Below are positions 22,272-31,600 of a stretch of 32,000 nt of DNA, piece by piece. The stretch's first letter is position 1. The number at the start of each line of letters is the position of its first letter. The DNA is from Halomicrobium mukohataei DSM 12286 (GTDB lineage: Archaea > Halobacteriota > Halobacteria > Halobacteriales > Haloarculaceae): assembly GCF_000023965.1 (NCBI RefSeq), contig NC_013202.1, forward strand, positions 2,040,001 through 2,072,000, read 5' to 3'. Position numbers and translations under genes: made by a program. The notes beneath the pieces are model-generated. The model was not told the DNA's origin, did no database searches, and saw only the letters and a list, made by a program, of their open reading frames with translations.

Positions 22272-22762
22272 GGCGAGATCGAGAGTCGATCGTCGTCGCT
22301 GCCGTCGCCGAACTCGATGCCCTGTTCCTTGTACGACTCCATGATGTAGTGTGTCACGGTCTGAGTGATCTCGGGGATCGGCGCTATCTTGTCGCTGACG
22401 AAGTGTGACACCTCGCTCATCGAGTCGCCTTCCACCTCCATGTCGAAGTCGTAGTCCCCACTGATCAGGCGCAGCGACTTCACCTGTGGGAACTTGGCGA
22501 TGCGCTCGGCGATGTCGATGTAGCTGGTCTCGCGGTCCAGCGTGACGTTCAGTTCGACGGTGGCACGCACGGGCTCGTCGCCCTCCTCGACGGCCTCCCA
22601 GTCGACGATCGCCGTGTACCCCTTGACGACGCCCTCGGATTCGAGTTCGTCGACGATACGCTCGACCTCTGGCTCGGTCAGGCCGGTCTGGCGGGCGATG
22701 TCCGCGTTCGACTGGCGGGCGTTCTCGCGGAGGACCGCCAGCACGTCCTTCCGATTGCTCAT
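22268..22762 (-). CDS. Lrp/AsnC family transcriptional regulator
   Basis: 164 aa. N-terminal HTH (LAVLRENARQSNADIARQTGLTEPEVERIVDELESEGVVKGYTAIVD) followed by an RAM/ACT-like C-terminal domain. Confidence 0.85.
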   Translation of the reverse strand: MSNRKDVLAVLRENARQSNADIARQTGLTEPEVERIVDELESEGVVKGYTAIVDWEAVEEGDEPVRATVELNVTLDRETSYIDIAERIAKFPQVKSLRLISGDYDFDMEVEGDSMSEVSHFVSDKIAPIPEITQTVTHYIMESYKEQGIEFGDGSDDDRLSISP

Positions 22763-22785
22763 ACGTATACCCGCGCTGGGGCCGA

Positions 22786-22791
22786 CTAAAG
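22786..22791 (-). promoter_or_regulatory. TATA-like box (CTTTAG on the minus strand) for a leaderless lrp-aminotransferase transcript
   Basis: 24-29 nt upstream of the ATG at 22762. Confidence 0.4.
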
Positions 22792-22831
22792 CGTTGCTAC
22801 ACCGTGGTGGGTCGACACACGCTCGGACACG

Positions 22832-22837
22832 TTTATC
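22832..22837 (+). promoter_or_regulatory. TATA-like box (TTTATC) for the leaderless transcript of the 22861 gene
   Basis: 24-29 nt upstream of the ATG at 22861. This supports the internal start over the longer ORF start at 22804. Confidence 0.45.
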
Positions 22838-22860
22838 TTATTCCAGACCGACGACCGGAT

Positions 22861-23181
22861 ATGGACGGCCCCGACAGCGACGACACTGCATGGCACGTCG
22901 TCGCGGAGCACGACGACGCTGCGGCACTGATAGACACGCTCCTCGAACTCGACCCCGAGGCGTCGTTCACCAAGACAGAACTGAGCGACCGGGCGGACGT
23001 GCCGCTCAAGTCGCTGTACCTCAACGGAACGCTGGACGCGGTCACGGAGCTCGGCCTGCTGGAGAAACGCGAGCGCGACGGCGAAGAGCCGCTGTACTCT
23101 GTCGACGACGACAGCGACGCCTTCGCGGCGGCCCGGTCGTTCGGTAACGTCACCCGAGCGGCGGCGTCGACGGAACCGTAA
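22861..23181 (+). CDS. small acidic hypothetical protein, possible winged-helix fold
   Basis: ORF 22804..23181 trimmed to the ATG at 22861 (MDGPDSDDTAWHVVAEHDDAAALIDTLLELDPEASFTKTELSDRADVPLKSLY...); 106 aa. Halophile-like composition. No motif I can name with confidence. Confidence 0.6.
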   Translation: MDGPDSDDTAWHVVAEHDDAAALIDTLLELDPEASFTKTELSDRADVPLKSLYLNGTLDAVTELGLLEKRERDGEEPLYSVDDDSDAFAAARSFGNVTRAAASTEP

Positions 23182-23226
23182 CGACTGGCGAGGTTTCTTG
23201 GGCGCTCCCGACCAACTCTCGGTGAA

Positions 23227-23817
23227 ATGGTCGCACTCGATTCGGAGGACGACGTCCTCCAGCGTGGCGACGAGGCACCGGTCTTCGAACTGCCAGGGAC
23301 AGACGGCGAGAGCTACACCCTCGACGCGTTCGCCGACCGCGAGGCACTGCTCGTCGTCTTCACCTGCAACCACTGCCCGTACGCACAGGCGAAGTTCGAC
23401 GAGCTGAACCACCTCGCGGCGGAGTACGACGAGGTCGCCGTCGTCGGGATCAACGCCAACGATCCCGAGGAGTACCCCGACGACTCCTTCGAGAAGATGC
23501 GGGAACTCGTCGACGACGGGACCGTCGACTACGACGCGTACCTCTTCGACGAGTCTCAGGAGATCGCGGCGGCCTACGGCGCTCGCTGTACGCCCGATCC
23601 GTTCCTCTTCGTCGACGACGGCGGGACCTTCCGGCTGGCCTACCACGGTCGCCTCGACGACGCGACCAACCCCGACGACGAGCCCACCGAGCGCGAGATG
23701 AAGGCCCACATCGAGACGCTGCTGGCCGGCGAGGAGATCACGGCCGAAGCGAAGCCGTCGCGTGGCTGTTCGATCAAGTGGAAGCCGGGCAACGAACCCG
23801 ACTACTGGGACGCGTAG
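23227..23817 (+). CDS. thioredoxin-fold thiol-disulfide oxidoreductase (redoxin/AhpC-TSA-like)
   Basis: 196 aa. CxxC motif in VVFTCNHCPYAQAKF. RCTPDPFLF carries the cis-Pro region typical of the thioredoxin fold. Confidence 0.75.
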   Translation: MVALDSEDDVLQRGDEAPVFELPGTDGESYTLDAFADREALLVVFTCNHCPYAQAKFDELNHLAAEYDEVAVVGINANDPEEYPDDSFEKMRELVDDGTVDYDAYLFDESQEIAAAYGARCTPDPFLFVDDGGTFRLAYHGRLDDATNPDDEPTEREMKAHIETLLAGEEITAEAKPSRGCSIKWKPGNEPDYWDA

Positions 23818-23864
23818 CACGGGTCGTCCAGCGCCCTTTTCTCCCGGTCGGCCGAACGACGGGC

Positions 23865-24662
23865 ATGACCGAAACTGCACTCGGAGCGATCCGACCGCTC
23901 GTCGGGATGGTCCACCTGCCGGCACTGCCCGGCGCGCCCGGCTTCGAGGACCGAGAGGCGGTCCGGGAACACGCGCTGGCAGACGCTCGCACGCTCGCCG
24001 ACGTGGGCGTCGACGCGCTGGTCGTCGAGAACTTCGGCGACGCGCCGTTCTACCCCGACGACGTACCGGCCCACGTCGTCGCCGAGATGACGGCCGTGAC
24101 GCGTGCGATCACCGACGCCGTCGACTGCCCCGTCGGCGTCAACGTCCTGCGAAACGACGCCACGGCAGCGGTCTCGGTCGCCGCAGCGGCCGATGCCGAC
24201 TTCGTCCGCGTGAACGTCCATACCGGCGCACGCCTGACGGACCAGGGTATCGTCGAGGGACGGGCCCACGAGACGGTCCGCCTGCGCGAGCGCATCGACG
24301 CGGACGTGTCCATCCTCGCCGACGTGGCGGTCAAACACTCGGCCCCGCTGGCAGCACGTGGCGTCGCCGAGATCGTCGGCGACACGATCGAGCGCGGTCA
24401 CGCCGACGGGGTCGTCGTCTCGGGGGTCGGGACGGGGAGCGAGACCGACGCGCCGGACGTGGAGGCCGTCGCCGCCGCACGGGACGCTGTCGACCCGACC
24501 GTCCCGGTGTTCGTCGGCAGCGGCGTGACGAGCGAGACGGCCGCCTCGCTGCTCGACATCGCCGACGGGCTGATCGTCGGAACGGCGCTCAAAGCCGGTG
24601 GCGCGGTCGAGAACCCGGTCGATCGCGACCGCGTGGCCCAACTCGTGGCCGCGGTCCGCTGA
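23865..24662 (+). CDS. BtpA/SgcQ family TIM-barrel protein
   Basis: ORF 23778..24662 trimmed to the ATG at 23865 (MTETALGAIRPLVGMVHLPALPGAPGF...VVENFGDAPF...GVNVLRND...VRVNVHTG); 265 aa. The pattern matches BtpA family proteins as I recall them. A TATA-like CTTTTC lies 24-29 nt upstream. Confidence 0.7.
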   Translation: MTETALGAIRPLVGMVHLPALPGAPGFEDREAVREHALADARTLADVGVDALVVENFGDAPFYPDDVPAHVVAEMTAVTRAITDAVDCPVGVNVLRNDATAAVSVAAAADADFVRVNVHTGARLTDQGIVEGRAHETVRLRERIDADVSILADVAVKHSAPLAARGVAEIVGDTIERGHADGVVVSGVGTGSETDAPDVEAVAAARDAVDPTVPVFVGSGVTSETAASLLDIADGLIVGTALKAGGAVENPVDRDRVAQLVAAVR

Positions 24663-24677
24663 TCGGTCCCAACGGTT

Positions 24678-25655
24678 TTGTCCGCCGGGCCGCACCTCAC
24701 GGTCGTGAAACGACCCGTCGGCTACGGCTCGCTCCTGCTCGCCGCCGTCCTGGCTGTCGGTGCCGCGTACGCAGATCTGCTTCCGGTCGAGGGCGTGGTC
24801 GGTGGGGTGCCGACGCCGCTCGTCGTCGCACAGGCGCTCTCGGCGGCTGCGATCCTGTTCGCGAGCTACGGGCTCTACATGTTGACGCGGCGCGTCCTGG
24901 TGGACAACGCACCGACCAAACGCCGCGGCCACGACGTTCGAAACGTGCTCCGGCTGGCGTTCGGAGCCGCGACGGTGATCGCGCTGCTGGGCGTGCTCAC
25001 CCAGCAGTGGGTCGGCGTCCTCTTCTCGCTGGGCGTCGTCGGCTTCGCCGTCACGTTCGCGCTCCAGCAACCGCTGTTCTCGGCCATCGGGTGGCTGTAC
25101 ATCATGGTCAAGCGGCCCTATCAGGTCGGGGACCGCGTCGCGATCGAGGATTCCAGAGGGGACGTGGTCGAGGTCGACTTCCTCGTGACGACGCTGTGGG
25201 AGATCGACGGCGGCCTCGTCAGTTCGAACCAGCCCTCCGGACGGATCATCACGCTGCCCAACAGCGTCGTCCTCTCCTCGCACGTCGCCAACTACACCCG
25301 CGAGGAGTTTCCCTACGTCTGGAACGAGCTCACGGTCCAGGTCGCCTACGAGACCGAACTGGAGTACGCCCGCGAGCGGATGATCACCATCGCCGACGAC
25401 TATCTGGGCGACGAGATGGCCGCCCGGATCGAGACCTACCGGGAACGGCTCTCCGAGACGCCGGTGGAGCTGGAGGTCCGGGACCGCCCCTCGGTCAACG
25501 TCGTCCAGCAGGAGTCGTGGGTCGAGCTGCGACTGCGCTACCTCGTCCACCCGCGGCGGGGCCAGCGGGTCCGCAACGAACTGTACGAGCGGATCCTCGC
25601 CGACTTCAACGAGGCACCGGATCGGGTCCGGTTCCCCGTCAGCCGGAACCGGTAG
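24678..25655 (+). CDS. mechanosensitive ion channel family protein (MscS-like)
   Basis: 325 aa from the TTG at 24678 (a GTG at 24705 is also possible). N-terminal TM helices, then PYQVGDRVAIEDSRGDVVEVDFLVTTLWE...ITLPNSVVLSSHVANYT, typical of the MscS beta-domain. Confidence 0.8.
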   Translation: MSAGPHLTVVKRPVGYGSLLLAAVLAVGAAYADLLPVEGVVGGVPTPLVVAQALSAAAILFASYGLYMLTRRVLVDNAPTKRRGHDVRNVLRLAFGAATVIALLGVLTQQWVGVLFSLGVVGFAVTFALQQPLFSAIGWLYIMVKRPYQVGDRVAIEDSRGDVVEVDFLVTTLWEIDGGLVSSNQPSGRIITLPNSVVLSSHVANYTREEFPYVWNELTVQVAYETELEYARERMITIADDYLGDEMAARIETYRERLSETPVELEVRDRPSVNVVQQESWVELRLRYLVHPRRGQRVRNELYERILADFNEAPDRVRFPVSRNR

Positions 25656-25691
25656 CGGACGTTTTTCACGGCCGGTGCTGTACGGGCGAGT

Positions 25692-26357
25692 ATGCCTGAC
25701 GATCCGCTGCCCGACGTGACCGAGGAGTTCGCGCGAACGCTGGCACCCGGCCGTGACGACGTGATCCGTGCGATGGACGAGCGCGCCGACCGCGAGGGCT
25801 TTCCCACCGTCGGCCCGGCAGTCGGGGGGTGGCTCCGCCTGCTCGCCCGGGCCGTCGACGCCGAGCGCGTCTTCGAGTTCGGCTCTGGCTACGGCTACTC
25901 GGCGTACTGGGTCGCGTCGGCGATCCCGGCGGACGGCGAGATCGTCCTGACCGAGATCGACGCCGACGAACTGGACGACGCGCGTGAGAACCTCGCGGCG
26001 GGCGGGTTCGAGGATCGCGCGCACTTCGAACACGGCGACGCCATCGAGACCGTCGACGCGTACGACGGCCCCTTCGACCTCGTGTTGATCGACAACGAGA
26101 AGGACCGCTACGCCGAGGCTTTCGAGGCCGTTCGCGAGAAGGTCGCGCCCGGCGGGATCGTCGCCGCCGACAACGCCATCGAAGCGGGGCCGATCGACTT
26201 CGAGGACGTGCGCGCGCTCCTGGCGGGCGACGCCGTCGACGCGACGGCGTCGAGCCACGGGATCGCCGACTACCTGGCGACGGTCCGAGACGATCCCGAC
26301 TTCGAGACCAGTCTGCTCCCGCTCGGTGAGGGGATGGCCGTCTCGATCCGGGTCTGA
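25692..26357 (+). CDS. class I SAM-dependent O-methyltransferase (family 3, caffeoyl-CoA OMT-like)
   Basis: 221 aa. SAM-binding motif VFEFGSGYGYSAYW; acidic loop LTEID; LVLIDNEKDRY. The T5 tract at 25662-25666 could serve both as the MscS terminator and as a TATA-like box 26-30 nt upstream. Confidence 0.8.
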   Translation: MPDDPLPDVTEEFARTLAPGRDDVIRAMDERADREGFPTVGPAVGGWLRLLARAVDAERVFEFGSGYGYSAYWVASAIPADGEIVLTEIDADELDDARENLAAGGFEDRAHFEHGDAIETVDAYDGPFDLVLIDNEKDRYAEAFEAVREKVAPGGIVAADNAIEAGPIDFEDVRALLAGDAVDATASSHGIADYLATVRDDPDFETSLLPLGEGMAVSIRV

Positions 26358-26491
26358 TCCGACGGCGGTCGGACGCGCCGTGGTTCGTCCTCGCTCGGCC
26401 CCGGATTCGTTCCCCAATTCTCGTCTCCGAAAATGAGGGTGCATAGCTTATGTGTGAGGCCGGGTAACCCCTGTCCAACGATCGACTACTC

Positions 26492-27094
26492 ATGAGCCTG
26501 ATGATCGATATCCGGAAGCTGGGGCTGTTCAACAAGATGGCGAAGGAGGGCGGCAACACCGTCGCGAACCACCTGAGCCAGATGACTGGGATGGAAACGG
26601 AGATGGAGATCACCAAGATCAACTTCATCGACATCCCCGACATCAAGACCCACATCGGTGACGAACGCCAGATCGGGATCTCGATCCGGATGCTCGAACC
26701 CCCACACGGCTACATCCTCTTCCTGTTCAACGCCGAGAACGCGAAGAAGCTGGCCAGCGGGATGATCGGCGACATGGGCGAGACAAGCGACGCCACCGAC
26801 GGCTTCACCGACATGGAGCGGTCCGCGATCCAGGAGATCGGCAACATCATGACCAGCGGCTTCATCGACGGCTGGGCGAACGTCCTGGAGACGACCATCG
26901 ACATCTCGACGCCGAACTTCACCTTCGGCCCCGGCAGCGGGATGGTCGACGAGCTCGTCGGCGACCGCGAGACGGACATGGCGCTGATGTTCGACTCTCG
27001 CGTTCACGCGCTGGAGTCAGACATCAACGTCAAGGTGTACACCTTCCCCGAACTCGACGAACTGGTCGAACTGATGCAGGAGATCGAAGTATAG
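26492..27094 (+). CDS. CheC-like protein (CheC/CheX/FliY phosphatase family)
   Basis: 200 aa. Contains ERSAIQEIGNIMTSGFIDGWAN, matching the CheC E-x2-N-type active-site helix. An N-terminal half-repeat (EGGNTVANHLSQMTG) is consistent with the pseudo-twofold CheC fold. Confidence 0.75.
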   Translation: MSLMIDIRKLGLFNKMAKEGGNTVANHLSQMTGMETEMEITKINFIDIPDIKTHIGDERQIGISIRMLEPPHGYILFLFNAENAKKLASGMIGDMGETSDATDGFTDMERSAIQEIGNIMTSGFIDGWANVLETTIDISTPNFTFGPGSGMVDELVGDRETDMALMFDSRVHALESDINVKVYTFPELDELVELMQEIEV

Positions 27095-27163
27095 GCCGTA
27101 AACCTCACTATCGTTTGCCGGTGTTCCACGAGCTATTTGGGAACGCGGCCCGTAATACTGTAC

Positions 27164-28318
27164 ATGGATCTCCTAGAAGAGACAGTCGTTCCCGAAGAAG
27201 CACGGGACATCAAACAGGAAGCCCGTGAGTTCGCAGCGGAACACATCGAACCGAACGCCCAGGAGTACTACGAGCGCGGCGAGTACCCGGTCGACATCCT
27301 GGAGGAGGGGATGGAAGCCGGGCTGGTCGCACAGGACATCGGCGAGGAGTACGGCGGGCGCGGGCTCTCCCTCCAGCAGGTCCTCGCGATGGCCGAGGAG
27401 TTCTACAAGGCCGACGCCGGCATCGCTCTGACCCTACAGCTCGCGAGCTTCGGCGCGGAGATGCTCGAAGACCACGGCAACGAGGAACAGAAAGAGGAGT
27501 ACCTCCGTCCGGTCGCGGAGAACGAACAGCTCACCGGCCTGGCCGTCTCGGAGCCCGAGACCGGGAGCGACATGGCCGGGATGCAGACGACGGCGGAGAA
27601 AGACGGCGACGAGTACGTCCTCAACGGCGAGAAGTACTGGATCGGCAACGGCGTCGAAGCCGACTGGGTCACGGTCTACGCCAAGACCGGCGACGACCCC
27701 AACAACCGCTACGGCAACTACTCGCTGTTCATCGTCCCGACCGACACCGACGGCTACGACGCCGAGCACATCCCGGAGAAGATGGGGTTCCGTGCGTCCA
27801 AACAGGCCCACATCGTCTTCGACGACTGCCGGGTTCCCGAGGAGAACGTCATCGGCCACGAGGGCGCTGGCTTCTACATGCTCGCGGAGTTCTTCAACCA
27901 CGGCCGCGTGATCGTCGCCGGCCACGGCCTCGGACTGGCCGCGGCCGCCATCGAGGAGGCGTGGGAGTTCGTCCACGACCGCGAAGCCTTCGGCAAGTCC
28001 GTCGACGAGTTCCAGGCGGTCCAGCACAAGCTCGCGGACATGCGCATGGAGTTCGAGTCCGCCCGTGCACTCACGTGGCGCGCGGCCGACAAGGTGGCCA
28101 ACCAGGAGGACGCGGGATTCTGGGCGGCCATGGCCAAGACGAAGGCGACCGAAGTGTCGACCCAGTGTGCCGAGAAGGGGATGCAGCTCCACGGCGGCCG
28201 TTCGGTCCTGACCGAGAACCGGATCTCTCGGGTCTACCGCGACGTGCGCATCCCGGTCATCTACGAGGGCGCGAACGACATCCAGCGCAATCTCATCTAC
28301 AGTCAGACGCCCCAGTAA
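27164..28318 (+). CDS. acyl-CoA dehydrogenase
   Basis: ORF 27137..28318 trimmed to the ATG at 27164; 384 aa. Motifs: GLAVSEPETGSDMAGMQTTA, YWIGNG, HGGRSVLTENRISRVYRDVRIPVIYEGANDIQRNLI (ACAD C-terminal signature with catalytic Glu). A TATA-like TATTTG lies about 25-30 nt upstream. Confidence 0.9.
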   Translation: MDLLEETVVPEEARDIKQEAREFAAEHIEPNAQEYYERGEYPVDILEEGMEAGLVAQDIGEEYGGRGLSLQQVLAMAEEFYKADAGIALTLQLASFGAEMLEDHGNEEQKEEYLRPVAENEQLTGLAVSEPETGSDMAGMQTTAEKDGDEYVLNGEKYWIGNGVEADWVTVYAKTGDDPNNRYGNYSLFIVPTDTDGYDAEHIPEKMGFRASKQAHIVFDDCRVPEENVIGHEGAGFYMLAEFFNHGRVIVAGHGLGLAAAAIEEAWEFVHDREAFGKSVDEFQAVQHKLADMRMEFESARALTWRAADKVANQEDAGFWAAMAKTKATEVSTQCAEKGMQLHGGRSVLTENRISRVYRDVRIPVIYEGANDIQRNLIYSQTPQ

Positions 28319-28684
28319 CGCGTCGCGGGAGTGAAGCAGCTCAACCACGGCGATCCTTTCTCCTAACCGGCCGTAAATGATCTTGTCAGCCGCTGGCACA
28401 GCGTTCTCGGCAACCGACATCGGATAGTTCGTTTCCCCCTTCTGTAGCTATATATTATCAAAACAGACTTATACGATAGGTAGTTCTGACAGAATAGAAC
28501 GCGACGGCTACTCGGTGGTGGCTGGTCGAATGAAGCGCTCAACGACCGCTTCGGGAGGTGGGTCTACAATGAACGAGAGGATCAACGCATCACGACGACA
28601 GTTGCCGGACGGTAGACAATTGCATGAAAAAATAAGAATGTTGTCACTATCGCAGCGAGGGCGACACCCGCTGTGGAGACTACG

Positions 28685-31600
28685 ATGACGGCAGCGACAC
28701 CAGGTGGGCGCTCGCTGCGGTCGCTGTGGCTCGCTACGCTACTCGTCGTCTCCGCGTGCTGTGTGCCCGGGCTACTCGTTGGGACCGCAGCGGCCGCGAA
28801 CAGTCCGACAGCGCCCGAAATCAGCGGTAACCCGGCTGTCACGATCGACGAGAGCGCCACCCGCACGGTCGACGTAAGCTTCGAGGTGACAAACCTCAAC
28901 GAGAATCAGTCGGGCGGACCAGTCGATTTCACTGTCGCTCCCGGCGAGGGCGTCACAGCCACCAGTGTCAGTGCAGTCTCGGTGAGCGGTGACGGAGTGG
29001 TGGTCTCAGACGCGAGCGTCGATGGAGGCGAAGTCTCCTTCGCTCTCAACCAGAGCACTCGTGCGTACGATCCAGAGACGATCACACTCCACAACGTAGT
29101 GCTCGCTGCCGACGAGGTCTCTTTCCCCGATCTCGCAGCAAACCTCTCGGTGTCCGTCATCGACGCCGGTGGCTCCAATGCGTCCGTCACGAACGTCGAC
29201 GCGATTCGGATCAACGAGACAGCGACGCCGGAATTTCTGTACGCACCGAACGTCACGGATGCCGACGACGACGGAACACTCTCCGCTGGTGAGAAGCTCA
29301 CAGTGAGTGGCGAAGTTGCCCCGACACCTGTCCAACCGAGTGAGATCCGTGCGACGGGCGCAAACGTGACAGCAAACGGTGGCTACGTGACAAGCGACTC
29401 AGTGTGGACCAGCGACACACCGGTCGGCCAATCGAGAGTCCTCTTTCACGGGTTCTTCACGTCGAGCCAGCGCGTCGATACTGTCGAGGTGACCTTCGCG
29501 AACGAGCCGCCGAACTCACTGCGCGTCCAGCACGGAGCGACCCGAGAGATAGTCACTCCGACGAATCGAACTGTCCGAGCGAACGTCTCTGGTGGTGAAT
29601 CGAGTCTCGTGCTACTCGACGACAGAGACGAGTCGAGCACCCACCATCTGCAGGTTTCGGACATCGATCTGTATCGGAACGGATCGAAGATCGACGAATC
29701 GTGGGGCTACACCGGATTCACGACTCGTGTCGAAAGCGGGGTCGCGGACGAACTCTCATCTCCGGACGGTGACTGGGAGACGCGGATGCCTCTCGCGTCG
29801 AACTATGCGTTCGTCGACGTAGTCCTCGACGAGCCACAGCCGATCACTGGTCTCCGCCTCGACCAAGCACCAAGCAATTATTCGTCGAATGGCACTGTTC
29901 GACTCTTGAATACCACAGGCGGAGATCGCAACCACGTCGCCAACTGGGACCGCAACGTCACCAGTGCCGAGACGGAGCTCTCGATCCCTGCGACGAGTGC
30001 TGACACGGTTCAACTACGCTCCACTCGCTCGGCGGCCGACCGGCCGTGGACGATCGAGCAGATCACGCCACTCGTCGAGCCGACTGCCGACACCACTTCG
30101 GTTACGATCGACGCTTCCAGTATCGGTGCCGGGACCGTCGATGCAACCGTCGAAAATGGATCGTTCGCGGCGACGATCCAGCCCGATGTCTCGTCTGTCG
30201 AAGACGGCACGTACACCTTGCCAGTGACGATCACCGACGAGGATGGCAACAGTCGAACGATCCAGTCGACGTCCGTAACCGTCGCGAAGGCACCTGAACA
30301 ATCGGTTGCTATCGAGGAACGTATCGTCTCTGGACCTGCAGACGGTTCGATGGCGATCAACGTCTCGCTGGTGGACACCGACCGAGCGACGATCTCGATC
30401 AGCCACGAGCAATCAGACTACAGGTCTACCAGTGTGATTGAGGACGACTCCGGAGACGGGACTGTGACGGTCCAGTTCGATCCATCGAGTGACTCGAATA
30501 CCATCACCACTGCGAATCCAAGCGACACCGTTGGACACCTCTCTCTCAGCCCCGTTCCGGAAACCTCCGATGGTGACTACCTTGTCAGAACGAAGCCAGT
30601 CCTCAACGACTCAGGTCCGTTCCCGGTCGCGGATAGTGCCCTGCTCTCCTTTGGAACACCCGAGCCAGATGTCTCTGGGCAGCCCACGATTGCACTCCGA
30701 GACAGCGGCGGGGACGGCGTGTTAGATGACGGAGAGTCGCTCACCGCAGTCGTCGACAGTACACAGTCGCTCGATCCAGATCGGACTGCAGTGGCGGCGA
30801 CGAATCAGTCGACTGGAACGAACGTCAGTTCGAACAGTCGCCCCATTGCGCTGGAGACCGACCAGTTGACCTGGATCTCGGATCACTCGCTCGACTCGGC
30901 GAGATACGAAATCGTCTTGCAGCCCGATGGGCCGCGTCCGATCTCTGGCGTCGAGATCGCACACGCGAACGGATCGGCGATGCCCGAACACGTCGCAGTC
31001 ATCGTGACCGACGCCGACGGAAAAGAGCAGGTCTATAACCGCTCGCTCGCGAGTCGGAACGAGACGCTCACGATTCCGACGACCGAGGCGAAAGCGCTTC
31101 GGATCGTCGATCGCGACCGAACGAGGACTCGATCCTGGCATGTCACTGACCTCTCGTTCGTCGTCCCTGGCGGTGCGTACGAGACGGGAACGATTAACGC
31201 AACGTCACTCGGTGCCGGGACCGTTGTGATGAGCGAGGGCCAGAGCGGAGCGCTCAGTGCGACGTTCGAACCTGACCTCTCCGTTACGTCCCGTGATGAA
31301 GCGCAGCTGCCGGTCACTCTCACCAGCTACGACGATCGCTTTTTCCTCGGGGTGAGCGAGTCGATCTCGATCGCATCGTCGACAGATGCCGGGCAAGACG
31401 ACGGTGGGGGTGGCGACTCCGGTGACCAGACCGACAGCAACGACGATGGGACCGACGGTAACGACGACGGACCAAGCCGTGAGACCGGCGACGGCGTTTC
31501 CGGTGGGTCGACTGCACCGACTGGTCCCGTCTCCTCGGGGAGCACCGGTACGAACGTCGACATCGAGATCGTCGACGTGACACTGGCGAACCAGACCATC

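Noticed and set aside
23762-25699. 645-aa plus-strand ORF and the 880-aa minus-strand ORF 23802..26444
   Set aside because: Both are Arg/Gly/Pro-rich low-complexity translations. They overlap four well-supported genes (BtpA-like, MscS-like, OMT, thioredoxin-like) in other frames, which is a GC-rich frame artefact.
28530-28688. 52-aa basic ORF (MKRSTTASGGGSTMNERINASRRQLPDGRQLHEKIRMLSLSQRGRHPLWRLR) whose TGA overlaps the ATG of the surface-protein gene
   Set aside because: The ATGA-type overlap is suggestive of an upstream ORF. Against it, the composition is strongly basic, the codons are atypical (AAA ATA AGA) and I can find no support, so I do not call it a gene.
29836-29843. Additional partial match to the post-stop motif (ACAGCCGA) inside the surface-protein gene
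   Set aside because: It is only an 8-mer, lies inside coding sequence and is not next to a stop codon, so it is probably chance.
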